This document shows positions 1-8,967 of a stretch of 64,000 bases of DNA, piece after piece. How positions within the stretch are numbered: position 1 is the stretch's first letter; each line of letters starts with the position of its first letter. This DNA comes from a virus. Its lineage: Duplodnaviria; Caudoviricetes. The position numbers and the translations under genes are program-made. The stretch is taken from the IMG/VR virus record IMGVR_UViG_3300008108_003798; one strand, 5' to 3'. The notes under the pieces were generated by a model, which was given only the letters and a program-made list of their open reading frames with translations, ran no database searches and was not told the DNA's origin.

Positions 1-861
1 CCGTTTTTCTTCTACAACAAGATTTACACCATCGTGCTGTAGTTGATTTGTTCGGTAGTATTTGGCAATGACTTCACCACCGCCTTCATCATGTCCGGCC
101 AGCATCCCGCCCAGCATCACAAAGTCAGCACCAGCAGCAAAGGCTTTAGCAACATCGCCAGGGCAAGTACAACCGCCATCGGCAATAACATGACCACCAA
201 GACCATGAGCAGCATCCGCACACTCGATGATGGCGGATAGTTGGGGATAGCCGACCCCAGTTTGTATACGAGTAGTACAAACACTGCCAGGACCAATGCC
301 GACTTTAACAATATCTGCTCCAGCAAGAATTAATTCCTCTGTCATTTCGCCAGTAACAACATTACCAGCAATGATTACAATATGTGGATAACGTTCGCGA
401 ATATTTCGTACATGATTTACAAATGTTTCTGTGTAACCATTTGCAACGTCAATACACAGATACTTTAGTTGTTCGCTAACATTAAGATAAACCTTGCAAA
501 ATTTGTCGTAGTCTGCATTGCTAACGCCAATGCTCATAGCAACATGTTCAGTACGAATGCTGTTGCCTTTAAAGAAATCTATAAGTTCTTGAGCACTGTA
601 TGTTTTAACAAGGCAAGTAAATGTACCGGATTTTGCTAGTGTGTCAGCCATGTCAAATGTGCCAACACCGTCCATGTTAGCGGCCATAATAGGAACGCCA
701 CGATAGTGGTAATCTTCGATGTTATCTGGAAATCTCGGAACGTAATTTCTAAAACTAAATCTACGTTCTAGGTCTACTTCACTACGACTGCCTAGTGTGC
801 TTCTTTTAGGACGAATAAGAACGTCCTTATAATCTAATTTAACGTCGGTTTCTAACCGCAT
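1..861 (-). CDS. guaC: GMP reductase (3' end truncated by the window edge; not in the ORF track)
   Basis: Manual translation: [26 protein letters not shown]...[11 protein letters not shown]...DVANGY...[25 protein letters not shown]...[16 protein letters not shown]...[10 protein letters not shown]. Confidence 0.95.
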   Translation of the reverse strand, partial: MRLETDVKLDYKDVLIRPKRSTLGSRSEVDLERRFSFRNYVPRFPDNIEDYHYRGVPIMAANMDGVGTFDMADTLAKSGTFTCLVKTYSAQELIDFFKGNSIRTEHVAMSIGVSNADYDKFCKVYLNVSEQLKYLCIDVANGYTETFVNHVRNIRERYPHIVIIAGNVVTGEMTEELILAGADIVKVGIGPGSVCTTRIQTGVGYPQLSAIIECADAAHGLGGHVIADGGCTCPGDVAKAFAAGADFVMLGGMLAGHDEGGGEVIAKYYRTNQLQHDGVNLVVEEKR

Positions 862-870
862 GTTTGTATA

Positions 871-1098
871 TCAAACCTCTCGGTTTGCTTGTGCTTTTTT
901 ATAGCGGCGCTTTGCGGCTTCTTTTGCTTTGCGACGCTTGGTGCCTTTGCTTTCAAAGGCTTCGCGATTACGGAGTTCTTGAAAAATGCCATCATCGGCT
1001 AATTTCTTTTTAAGTTTACGCAATGCTTTTGAAATATCATTGCCATAGACCTCAACTCGAAATCCTTTTGCACTGTCAGTAGATTGATGTTTACTCAT
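871..1098 (-). CDS. rpsU: phage-encoded ribosomal protein bS21
   Basis: VEVYGNDISKALRKLKKKL...GIFQELRNREAFESKGTKRRKAKEAAKRR, the S21 pattern. Confidence 0.9.
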   Translation of the reverse strand: MSKHQSTDSAKGFRVEVYGNDISKALRKLKKKLADDGIFQELRNREAFESKGTKRRKAKEAAKRRYKKAQANREV

Positions 1099-1480
1099 TA
1101 TTTCCTCTGTTTAAAACTGTTTCTAACCAAGACAAATCGTAAATTCTGTTCTTGCTTAATAAATTATATGGTGTAATATTGTCACTTGTCAAGTAAAAAG
1201 TATTTGGCTGTGCAATAATATAAGATGCGAATTCGTATGTAAATGGTTCTGTACTATCTAAATCTAGAACAACTACATCACATCTTTTAACCTGTGCCAA
1301 TAACCATTCAATATCGTGATCGGCTTTTAATTCGTATAAAAACAAATTAACTGGTTCTACAGCGTTTATTAAAATGTTGTTGAGTATAGATTTAAGTTCA
1401 TCTCTAGGATGTATTACTAATATTGATAATACATCATTGTATAACACATCCGGAGGTGTAATTACAGTAATTTCATTCAT
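1091..1480 (-). CDS. hypothetical protein
   Basis: 129-aa ORF tightly overlapping its neighbours. Confidence 0.75.
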   Translation of the reverse strand: MNEITVITPPDVLYNDVLSILVIHPRDELKSILNNILINAVEPVNLFLYELKADHDIEWLLAQVKRCDVVVLDLDSTEPFTYEFASYIIAQPNTFYLTSDNITPYNLLSKNRIYDLSWLETVLNRGNNE

Positions 1481-3242
1481 CTTTGTTTCTTATTTTACGC
1501 CAGATGCTGTTTTCACTTTGCTCGGAGTTTTGAGAATACCCTTCCCAAGGTAGACTATCTATCTCACCATTTATATATGCTTCTTTAAACTCTTTGATGG
1601 TCAAGTCTGGATGATCTTGTTTCCACTGTATCTTGGCAAGTTTAGTGTCTGCTTGATTTTCAATAGCAACTAGTTCGTCTATTCGCTTTTGTCTATCTGC
1701 ATCAATTGGTACTTCACTCGATTCCAATCCTGCATCATCTTCAATTGCGGTGGTAGCAGGGTCTTCTGCACGAAGTTCTCCCAGGCCTGCATCTGCATCA
1801 GCGTTAATTTTCTGTATAGGTCCATCATCGATTAGTCCTCCGTTTTGAGATCTTGTTCCAGACATGGTATCATCCGTCTCAGATCCTTTATCGTCGGTGC
1901 TGGCGTTCTCTGAGGTGGTGCTGGCAGTACTATCGCTTGTTGTACTGGCTGCGGGTGTTTTACTATCTGATTGTTCATTATCAGGTCTATCAGATACATC
2001 ATTGTTTACATCCTTGTTTGTATCAACACTGTTTTGCCGAAGAGACTCCTTGCGAAGTTCTCTTTGAAAATTAAATGTGTGCTGACTTGCAATTAGAAGT
2101 AACACAGCCAATGGATCAAACACAAAAATAATTAAAATAATTACCCAACGGACTGCTTCTTCTAAAAGATCTTTATCTTCAGATTTGCCGTATACAAATT
2201 CTGCAAGATACTTGATAGGACCTACTTCTGCTTCTAGTTTTCTATATTCAGACTCAAGTCCATATTTCTGTTCTGTTAAGGCAGATACAACAGTTTCAGC
2301 CTCGACAATAATCTTATTTTGTTTTTCTACTTGAGCAGCAACTTTTGCTTCGTCGGTTACACCTAGTTGCTGTCTAAGTCTGTTGATTAATTCGTTGGAG
2401 TTTGCAATCTCTGTTTCGGCTAAACTGCGTAGTCTTTGAATCTCTGCTCGAGCAGTATCAATTACAGGTGATGATAGTTTACTGCTTTCTTGTGCAATTA
2501 ATTCTGCTAGACGTTGTTTTTCAGCAGTCTGTGCAGTTCTGTATGAGTCAATTGCTTGTGTAGTTGCAGGACCTAATTGACCATCTGCACGAACACCTAC
2601 CAATGCTTGTAATGCTTTGATGTTGTCAGTTGCAATGTATTGTTCTATGCTTTGTAGATTGCCAGTGATTGTGTTTAGTTGGTCTTCATACAAAGATAGT
2701 CCACCGCCAAGGCGTTGTTCTTCTTTGGTGATAATAACGTTTTGTTCATCAATTGCTGGTTGAATACGAGTGTATGCACTGTCGATACGTTCTTGTTCTT
2801 TGTCAATCTGTGCTTGTATTTCTGTGTCGCGATCTGTGCCGGCTACTTCAAGTTGTTCGATTTCTTGCTCTGCCTTGGCAATGACGTCTTGTTGTCTAAG
2901 TATTTGACTGTCTATCTGTTCTAATCTTGCTAGACCGTCTTTGGCACTGGCAGTTTGATCGATGTGTGCTTTGGACAAAAATCCAAAAATACCCATCGAT
3001 GTGATCAACATCAGAACAGCAACAGATATGGTTAGATAAGTTTTTAACCACCATACTGCATGTTCCCAATAATAGTGTAACCACACTACGGTAACTAATT
3101 TTGCTATTTCAAGTATACTGCCCATTATGATGATAGGCACTGCTGCCGCAGCAAATATTGCTACGAGACCTGCAACAGAATAGTATATTGCAACAGCACT
3201 GATACTCAATGCTGTTAGCATTGTAAGAATTCCTAAACCCAT
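1473..3242 (-). CDS. membrane-anchored coiled-coil protein with an embedded peptidoglycan-binding-like motif
   Basis: N-terminal TM helices, long coiled coil, IKALQALVGVRADGQLGPATTQAI motif, a further TM helix and an acidic tail. Confidence 0.7.
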   Translation of the reverse strand: MGLGILTMLTALSISAVAIYYSVAGLVAIFAAAAVPIIIMGSILEIAKLVTVVWLHYYWEHAVWWLKTYLTISVAVLMLITSMGIFGFLSKAHIDQTASAKDGLARLEQIDSQILRQQDVIAKAEQEIEQLEVAGTDRDTEIQAQIDKEQERIDSAYTRIQPAIDEQNVIITKEEQRLGGGLSLYEDQLNTITGNLQSIEQYIATDNIKALQALVGVRADGQLGPATTQAIDSYRTAQTAEKQRLAELIAQESSKLSSPVIDTARAEIQRLRSLAETEIANSNELINRLRQQLGVTDEAKVAAQVEKQNKIIVEAETVVSALTEQKYGLESEYRKLEAEVGPIKYLAEFVYGKSEDKDLLEEAVRWVIILIIFVFDPLAVLLLIASQHTFNFQRELRKESLRQNSVDTNKDVNNDVSDRPDNEQSDSKTPAASTTSDSTASTTSENASTDDKGSETDDTMSGTRSQNGGLIDDGPIQKINADADAGLGELRAEDPATTAIEDDAGLESSEVPIDADRQKRIDELVAIENQADTKLAKIQWKQDHPDLTIKEFKEAYINGEIDSLPWEGYSQNSEQSENSIWRKIRNKDE

Positions 3243-3282
3243 GTAATATTTATCCTACCATTTTTAGCAATATAGCAGTAGA

Positions 3283-3696
3283 TTAATTTCTACGCATTTG
3301 TGCAATATCTGTTGCATCTTGTTTCTTGTCTGCAAAGATAGGAACCATATTGCTTTTATGCATTGTAGCGACACCAAGCAGTTGACGTTCTCCGCTATAA
3401 ACCATAGGTTCTTTAGCAGGCCCGTGACCTGCTACACGATCGCTGGTCATTCTAGGACCAGTTGAATAATCAGGAATATCGTAAATGCCTACACGTTGAC
3501 CTTTTTTGTCCACAGGCAATTTTGCTTTGCCTACACCCATTTTCTTAAGCCACGTTTCATGATCTGCTTTTGCGGCTTCTAACTTTTTACTGTTAGAAGT
3601 CTTCTTCTTTGAATTGTATTTTGTAGTAGTAAGGTATGGTCCCACAAGGTGCATACTCATAGAAAGGCTCCATAGTTGATACAAATACTGTAACAC
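3283..3696 (-). CDS. conserved phage hypothetical protein
   Basis: LLGVATMHKSNMVPIF motif recognised from large myophage proteins. Confidence 0.7.
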   Translation of the reverse strand: MLQYLYQLWSLSMSMHLVGPYLTTTKYNSKKKTSNSKKLEAAKADHETWLKKMGVGKAKLPVDKKGQRVGIYDIPDYSTGPRMTSDRVAGHGPAKEPMVYSGERQLLGVATMHKSNMVPIFADKKQDATDIAQMRRN

Positions 3697-3716
3697 ATAT
3701 GGAGCCCGATGTCAAC

Positions 3717-3974
3717 TTAAGATTGAAACTTCTTTGGAGAACCCCAATAGTCAAATGCTTTGACTTTGATAAATCGCTTGTTAGTTTCGTTCTTGTTTGG
3801 ATTTTCGATAGTAAGAACTACATTCTTGTTCTTTTTCCAGGCCTGTAATTGATTTATTACACGCTCGCTAGATGCAAGATACTCGCTTCTTAACTGATTT
3901 GTAATTCTTGCTGAAACATTGCTGTGAAGTCCTTGAGATGTAAAACCCGAACTCTTTCCGCCTTTTTTGGCCAT
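3717..3974 (-). CDS. basic hypothetical protein
   Basis: 85-aa ORF with RBS (GGAGGA) and an ATAAATA motif upstream. Confidence 0.7.
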   Translation of the reverse strand: MAKKGGKSSGFTSQGLHSNVSARITNQLRSEYLASSERVINQLQAWKKNKNVVLTIENPNKNETNKRFIKVKAFDYWGSPKKFQS

Positions 3975-4067
3975 TGCCGATCCTCCATTATGTAGGTATT
4001 TATTGAATACAAAAAAAAAAGGGTTCTATTTTATAGGACCCTTTTTGACTTTGTATTTTAGCGTAGA

Positions 4068-4859
4068 TTAGAAGTTAAATGATACGCCAATTGCAGGAGT
4101 AGTTTCTTCAGTGTCTAGATTGTAACCAACTTCAGCAAATGCACTTAGGCTATCCTTGGTGTAGACAACGCCAGCACCGATGTTCTGTGCCATGTCGGTT
4201 TCGTCACCGTTGATGAAAGCAGAAACGTCTAGTGCGTCCATTGCACCGTAAGTACCCATTGCTTCATAAGCAAATTCATCAGCATAAGTAACAGTTACGT
4301 TAGCATAAAGTGCTTCGCTAACATCAACACCAGTTGCTACTGCAACAGTAGTGTCCTCGGTGTCAAGATTGTAGTCAAGTGCTCCGGCTACATCAATCTT
4401 ACCGTAGTCGTTGCTATAAGCAATCTGAACGTTTTCAATGTCGCCTACATTGGTGCTGATGTCAGTTAAACCAACAAGAACTTCAACTGCACCGTGGCTA
4501 ACAATCACACTCTCGTGATCGTCTGCTGGATCAGCAAGAGTATCGCCGCCAACAACTTCTAAGCCGCCAAAGCCAAACAAGTCGCCTTGATCGCCAAAAC
4601 TAACACTAGTGCCGCCAAATGCTACACCAACATGCCACGAGTCAACAACAAGATCGCTGCCGTCTGCTTCTACGCCAACAGCGCCAAATGCAGTTGCGCC
4701 TTCGGCTTTGTGACCAAATGACAATTCAACAGTTGGAGTTGCAACAAAATTGCCAGCAACGTTTTTGGTGAATTCAGCGCCAACAGTGCCGCCAAAATCA
4801 GCAGCAAATGCAGCACCAGCAAATGCAATGGCTGCAACAGTAGTAAGTAATAGTTTCAT
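4068..4859 (-). CDS. outer-membrane porin (Rhodobacter-type)
   Basis: Signal peptide (AFAGAAFA/ADF), alternating beta-strand pattern, acidic loops, C-terminal Phe (GVSFNF). Confidence 0.8.
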   Translation of the reverse strand: MKLLLTTVAAIAFAGAAFAADFGGTVGAEFTKNVAGNFVATPTVELSFGHKAEGATAFGAVGVEADGSDLVVDSWHVGVAFGGTSVSFGDQGDLFGFGGLEVVGGDTLADPADDHESVIVSHGAVEVLVGLTDISTNVGDIENVQIAYSNDYGKIDVAGALDYNLDTEDTTVAVATGVDVSEALYANVTVTYADEFAYEAMGTYGAMDALDVSAFINGDETDMAQNIGAGVVYTKDSLSAFAEVGYNLDTEETTPAIGVSFNF

Positions 4860-5008
4860 AAAGTTTTTCCCTTTGTTATTATAATGGCAAATTTCTTGCT
4901 CATTCGTAATATTAGTTATAACAGATATTCTGTAAAATACAACTAGTTTGAACAGATATCTAGGGTTTTTTGAAAATGCTTTTTAAATGTGTGTTCAATG
5001 TGCAACAG

Positions 5009-5212
5009 TTACATAACACCTTGCATTTTTTCAATTACTGGTACCAGTCTTTCAAGTATGACAGTAATCAGTATGAATGCAAGTAAACCAAATAAAACCC
5101 AATTTTTCTTTTTGCTTTGACTCAGCAGTGCCATAGCAATGATTTCATTGCCCAACAGTCTTAGGCTGATTTCAAATTTTTCTTCTGGTGCTGGGTTATC
5201 GTTGTCGTCCAT
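5009..5212 (-). CDS. small membrane protein
   Basis: 67 aa with one hydrophobic helix. Confidence 0.6.
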   Translation of the reverse strand: MDDNDNPAPEEKFEISLRLLGNEIIAMALLSQSKKKNWVLFGLLAFILITVILERLVPVIEKMQGVM

Positions 5213-5216
5213 ACAA

Positions 5217-5372
5217 CTATTTAGTTTTACGACGAGTGTTTTTCTTTGGCTGTTCCACTGTTGGCTTTAGAGTGACGTGACGTTCTTTATATCTTCCACA
5301 ACGACCTTTGCCTACATAGTAGGGAGTGCCATCTTCTCGCAGGTATTCGTAAACATAGTAATCTGTGTGCAT
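5217..5372 (-). pseudogene. truncated GIY-YIG-like homing endonuclease N-terminus (51 aa)
   Basis: Manual translation MHTDYYVYEYLREDGTPYYVGKGRCGRYKERH..., followed by an early stop. Confidence 0.6.
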
Positions 5373-5386
5373 AATAGTATTTATGA

Positions 5387-5790
5387 GGAGATTCTGTTGC
5401 TACGCTCTCCCCGGGCGCCCTGTAGTTATGCTGCTAGAGCAAACTCAGAAGGTGCAAAATTTTCATTTGCAGTTGTCATTTTCTTCGCGGTAACGGCGCT
5501 TAGATCCCGGTGACTCCATCCTGCCTAGTTCGTTGATCGATCCTATGTCAGGCCCATCATAAAAATACTGCGATTAATCCTAATACTAAAACAAATATAA
5601 TACTTACATTACCCCAAAAGATCTGTTCTTGCTCAGTCGGTACCTGTTCATCACAGTACTTTTTCCAATCAAGATCTTCGCTTCTGTCTTTACTCTCATC
5701 GTAATATACATACATCATCAGTCTTCTTATGGTGGACCTGCCGGGTGCCGCCCCCGGGTCTCATCCGTGTTCAGTGAACTTCAACATCAC
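5387..5790 (-). ncRNA. ssrA: circularly permuted two-piece tmRNA (acceptor piece ~5730-5790, coding piece ~5387-5555)
   Basis: T-arm plus acceptor end ACCCGGGGGCGGCACCCGGCAGGTCCACCA lies upstream of the 5' end GGGCCTGACATAGGATCG. They form a 7-bp acceptor stem with G3:U70. Tag frame ANENFAPSEFALAA* at 5426-5470. Confidence 0.93.
5557..5718 (-). CDS. 53-aa single-TM protein encoded inside the tmRNA intervening segment
   Basis: MMYVYYDESKDRSEDLDWKKYCDEQVPTEQEQIFWGNVSIIFVLVLGLIAVFL*; fills 162 of the 174 nt of the intervening segment. Confidence 0.65.
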   Translation of the reverse strand: MMYVYYDESKDRSEDLDWKKYCDEQVPTEQEQIFWGNVSIIFVLVLGLIAVFL

Positions 5791-5794
5791 AAGT

Positions 5795-5802
5795 TATTTA
5801 TA
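5795..5802 (-). promoter_or_regulatory. T4-like late promoter motif TATAAATA upstream of ssrA
   Basis: Exact TATAAATA. Related (A/C)TAAATA motifs precede many minus-strand genes (near 4000, 8960, 10260, 21350, 22580, 39208, 41625, 47350). Confidence 0.6.
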
Positions 5803-5850
5803 TGCTAAAACAGTCAACCAGTCAAGAACTTTTTTGTGTATGCTTGTTCG

Positions 5851-8730
5851 TCATTTCGCTGCTGCAATACGACGTGAGAGAGTGGCTTGAGCGTTGTATT
5901 CCTCTTGCCATTTCGACGGGCCGTTGGAGGGCGACACCTGAACTGCCGTAACCTTGTATTCTGGACAGTTGGTAGCCCAATCGCTGAAATCGGTGGTGAT
6001 AACATTGGCTTGGGTGTCGGGGTGGTGGAAGGTGGTGTAGACCACGCCCGGATTGACTTTGTCGGTCAGTGTTGCTCGCAGGGTGGTTTCCCCGGCACGT
6101 GAGGCCAGACGCACCCAATCACCCTCTTTGACACCGCGCACTTCAGCATCGTGGGGATGGATTTCCAACAAATCTTCAGTATGCCATATACTGTTCGCTG
6201 TGCGGCGTGTTTGGGCGCCCACGTTGTACTGCGACAGGATACGGCCCGTGGTGAGTAGCAGCGGGAAACGCGGGCCAGTGCGTTCATCAGTGGCAATATA
6301 TTCGGTGTTGATGAACCGACCTTTGCCACGCACGAAGGCATCGACGTGCATCAAAGGCGTGCCTTCAGGCGCTTTTTCGTTGCAGGGCCACTGGACCGAG
6401 CCCATCTCTTCGATCTTGTCATAGCTGACACCGGCGAAGGACGGCGTGGTCATGGCAATCTCTTCCATGATCTGCACCGGGTGGGTGTAGTTCCAGTTGG
6501 CACCCATTGCGTTAGCGAACAACTGGGTGACTTCCCAATCGGCATAACCCGGCTTCGGAGCCATTACCTTGCGTACCATGTTGATGCGGCGCTCAGTGTT
6601 GGTAAAGGTGCCGTCCTTTTCCAAGAAACTCGATCCAGGGAAGAACACATGGGCGTAGTTTGCGGTCTCGTTCAGGAACAGGTCATGCACGATCACGCAT
6701 TCCATCGCTGCCAGACCTGCCGCAACGTGCTTGGTGTCCGGGTCAGATTGCAGGATGTCTTCGCCTTGGCAGTACAACCCCTTGAAGGTGCCCTCCACGG
6801 CGGCATCCAGCATGTTGGGGATACGCAGGCCCGGCTCATTATCGATCTTCACGCCCCAGAGGTTTTCATAGATTGCCCGTACATCGTCGTTCTTCACATG
6901 GCGGTAACCCGGCAGTTCGTGCGGGAAGGATCCCATGTCGCACGAGCCTTGCACGTTGTTTTGGCCACGCAGCGGGTTCACACCCACGCCCGGACGGCCA
7001 ATGTTGCCGGTCATCATCGCCAAGTTTGCAATGCCGATCACGGTGGTCGAGCCTTGCGAATGTTCCGTCACGCCCAGACCGTAGTAGATCGAGCCGTTGC
7101 CGCCGGTGGCATAGGTGCGGGCCGCGGCGCGGACATCCTCGGCCTTGACGCCGGTTAGGATTTCCACCGCTTCGGGCGAATGGTTCGGGCGGCTGACAAA
7201 CTCGGCATAGTCTTGGAATTCATCCCAGTCGCAGCGGGTGCGGATGAACTCTTCGTTGTAGAGCTTTTCGGTCACGATCACATGCGCCAGTGCGGTGACC
7301 ATGGCCACGTTGGTGCCTGGTGTAAGTGCAAGGTGATGTACTGCTTTGATATGCGGGCTTACTACAATTTCAGTGCGGCGAGGGTCAATGACTATCAGTT
7401 TCGCTCCTTTACGCAGGCGTTTTTTTAGACGGCTTGCAAAGACCGGGTGACCTACAGCAGGATTGGCTCCAATCACAATGGCCACATCTGTATATTCTAC
7501 CGAATCAAAGTCTTGCGTTCCAGCACTGGTACCAAGAGTCTGACCCAAGCCATAACCGGTGGGCGAATGGCAGACGCGGGCGCAGGTGTCAGTGTTGTTG
7601 TTCAGGAACACTGCTCGAGTCAGTTTCTGCACCAGATAGGTTTCTTCATTGGTGCAGCGCGACGAGGTGATCACACCCACGGACTTTTGCCCGTATTTGG
7701 AAATTATGCCCTTCATGCGGTTCGCGGCGAATTCCATCGCCTCGGCCCACGAGACTTCTTTCCACGGGTCGTTGATGCTGTCGCGGATCATCGGCGACAG
7801 GATGCGGTCTTGGTGGGAGGCATAGCCATAGGCAAAGCGGCCCTTGACGCAGGAATGGCCACGGTTGGCCTTGCCGTGCTTGTAAGGGACCATCCGCACC
7901 AGCTCGTCGCCGCGCAGTTCAGCTTTAAACTGGCAACCCACACCGCAATAGGCGCAGGTGGTGATGACAGAGCGTTCCGGTGTGCCGATTTCGATGATCG
8001 ACTTTTCCTGCAAGGTCGCTGTCGGGCAGGCTTGTACGCAGGCACCGCAGGACACGCAATCCGAGGCCAGCGCATCATCGGTTTTTGCACCGAACGACAC
8101 ACGGCTGTCAAAGCCTCGACCTTCGATGGTCAGCGCAAAGGTGCCCTGCACCTCTTCACAAGCCCGCACACAGCGCGAGCAGACGATGCATTTCGCCGGG
8201 TCATAGGTGAAGTAGGGGTTGCTCTCGTCCTTGGCTTTCCACTGCGGATTGGCCTCGCCAGAGTTGTTCTTGGCGCGGAAGTGGGTGTCGATCGCCTCAT
8301 AGCGCACATCGCGCAGGCCGACGGCACCAGCCATGTCCTGCAACTCGCAATCGCCATTGGCCGAGCAGGTCAGGCAGTCCAGCGGGTGGTCCGAGATATA
8401 CAACTCCATTACGCCGCGACGCAGTTGTTTCAGATTGCCGGTTTGGGTTTTCACCCGGATGCCGGGGGCAACGGGCGTGGTGCAAGAGGCGGGCGTGCCA
8501 TTGCGGCCTTCGATTTCCACAAGGCACAGGCGGCAGGAGCCAAAGGCCTCAAGGTTGTCGGTCGCGCACAGCTTTGGCACTGTGATGCCAATCTCGGCGG
8601 CGGCTCGCATTATGCTGGTGTCTTTGGGCACGGTCACATCGAACCCGTCGATGTTCAGGGTCACCGTAGCGGTCGAACGCACATAGGGCGTGCCAAAATC
8701 GCGGTCCGAGGGAATAATGAAGTCTTTCAT
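5851..8730 (-). CDS. fdsA: NAD-dependent formate dehydrogenase alpha subunit (Mo-bisPGD, Fe-S), 959 aa
   Basis: Start MKDFIIPSDRDFGTP; 2Fe-2S motif GSCRLCLVE..ASC; HPLDCLTC; CIVCSRCVRAC; CVSCGACVQACP; CAYCGVGC; active-site TCARVCHSP; PLRGQNNVQG. Confidence 0.93.
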   Translation of the reverse strand: MKDFIIPSDRDFGTPYVRSTATVTLNIDGFDVTVPKDTSIMRAAAEIGITVPKLCATDNLEAFGSCRLCLVEIEGRNGTPASCTTPVAPGIRVKTQTGNLKQLRRGVMELYISDHPLDCLTCSANGDCELQDMAGAVGLRDVRYEAIDTHFRAKNNSGEANPQWKAKDESNPYFTYDPAKCIVCSRCVRACEEVQGTFALTIEGRGFDSRVSFGAKTDDALASDCVSCGACVQACPTATLQEKSIIEIGTPERSVITTCAYCGVGCQFKAELRGDELVRMVPYKHGKANRGHSCVKGRFAYGYASHQDRILSPMIRDSINDPWKEVSWAEAMEFAANRMKGIISKYGQKSVGVITSSRCTNEETYLVQKLTRAVFLNNNTDTCARVCHSPTGYGLGQTLGTSAGTQDFDSVEYTDVAIVIGANPAVGHPVFASRLKKRLRKGAKLIVIDPRRTEIVVSPHIKAVHHLALTPGTNVAMVTALAHVIVTEKLYNEEFIRTRCDWDEFQDYAEFVSRPNHSPEAVEILTGVKAEDVRAAARTYATGGNGSIYYGLGVTEHSQGSTTVIGIANLAMMTGNIGRPGVGVNPLRGQNNVQGSCDMGSFPHELPGYRHVKNDDVRAIYENLWGVKIDNEPGLRIPNMLDAAVEGTFKGLYCQGEDILQSDPDTKHVAAGLAAMECVIVHDLFLNETANYAHVFFPGSSFLEKDGTFTNTERRINMVRKVMAPKPGYADWEVTQLFANAMGANWNYTHPVQIMEEIAMTTPSFAGVSYDKIEEMGSVQWPCNEKAPEGTPLMHVDAFVRGKGRFINTEYIATDERTGPRFPLLLTTGRILSQYNVGAQTRRTANSIWHTEDLLEIHPHDAEVRGVKEGDWVRLASRAGETTLRATLTDKVNPGVVYTTFHHPDTQANVITTDFSDWATNCPEYKVTAVQVSPSNGPSKWQEEYNAQATLSRRIAAAK

Positions 8731-8761
8731 TCGGCGGCGTCCATCTGGGCTATTTGAGTGC

Positions 8762-8953
8762 TTACCATGTTTTTTTGCTCCATGCTTCTTCGAACCCGTC
8801 TTCGTGAACAACGTTTTCATGATTACCCCAGATACGTTCAAAGTAACCGTTGTACACACTCATGATGTCTTTTTCACTCCATGCATCTGGAATCAGGTGT
8901 CCTTTGACAATCCAATAATATCTATTGGCTTCTTTGTGTTCGTATGCTGTCAC
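8762..8953 (-). CDS. hypothetical protein
   Basis: 63-aa ORF downstream of an ATAAATA motif. Confidence 0.65.
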   Translation of the reverse strand: MTAYEHKEANRYYWIVKGHLIPDAWSEKDIMSVYNGYFERIWGNHENVVHEDGFEEAWSKKTW

Positions 8954-8967
8954 AGAGTATTTATTTT

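Noticed and set aside
5730-5790. Stand-alone tRNA
   Set aside because: Only a T-arm and 3' acceptor strand are present; they pair with the downstream tmRNA 5' end.
6346-8757. Long plus-strand ORFs (270 aa, 436 aa) opposite fdsA
   Set aside because: Antisense shadows expected from GC-rich codon bias; no motifs or RBS.
8731-8859. N-terminal extension of FdsA in the ORF track (1002 aa)
   Set aside because: It overlaps the upstream phage gene; the homologous start MKDFIIP and the ATGA overlap indicate a start at 8730.
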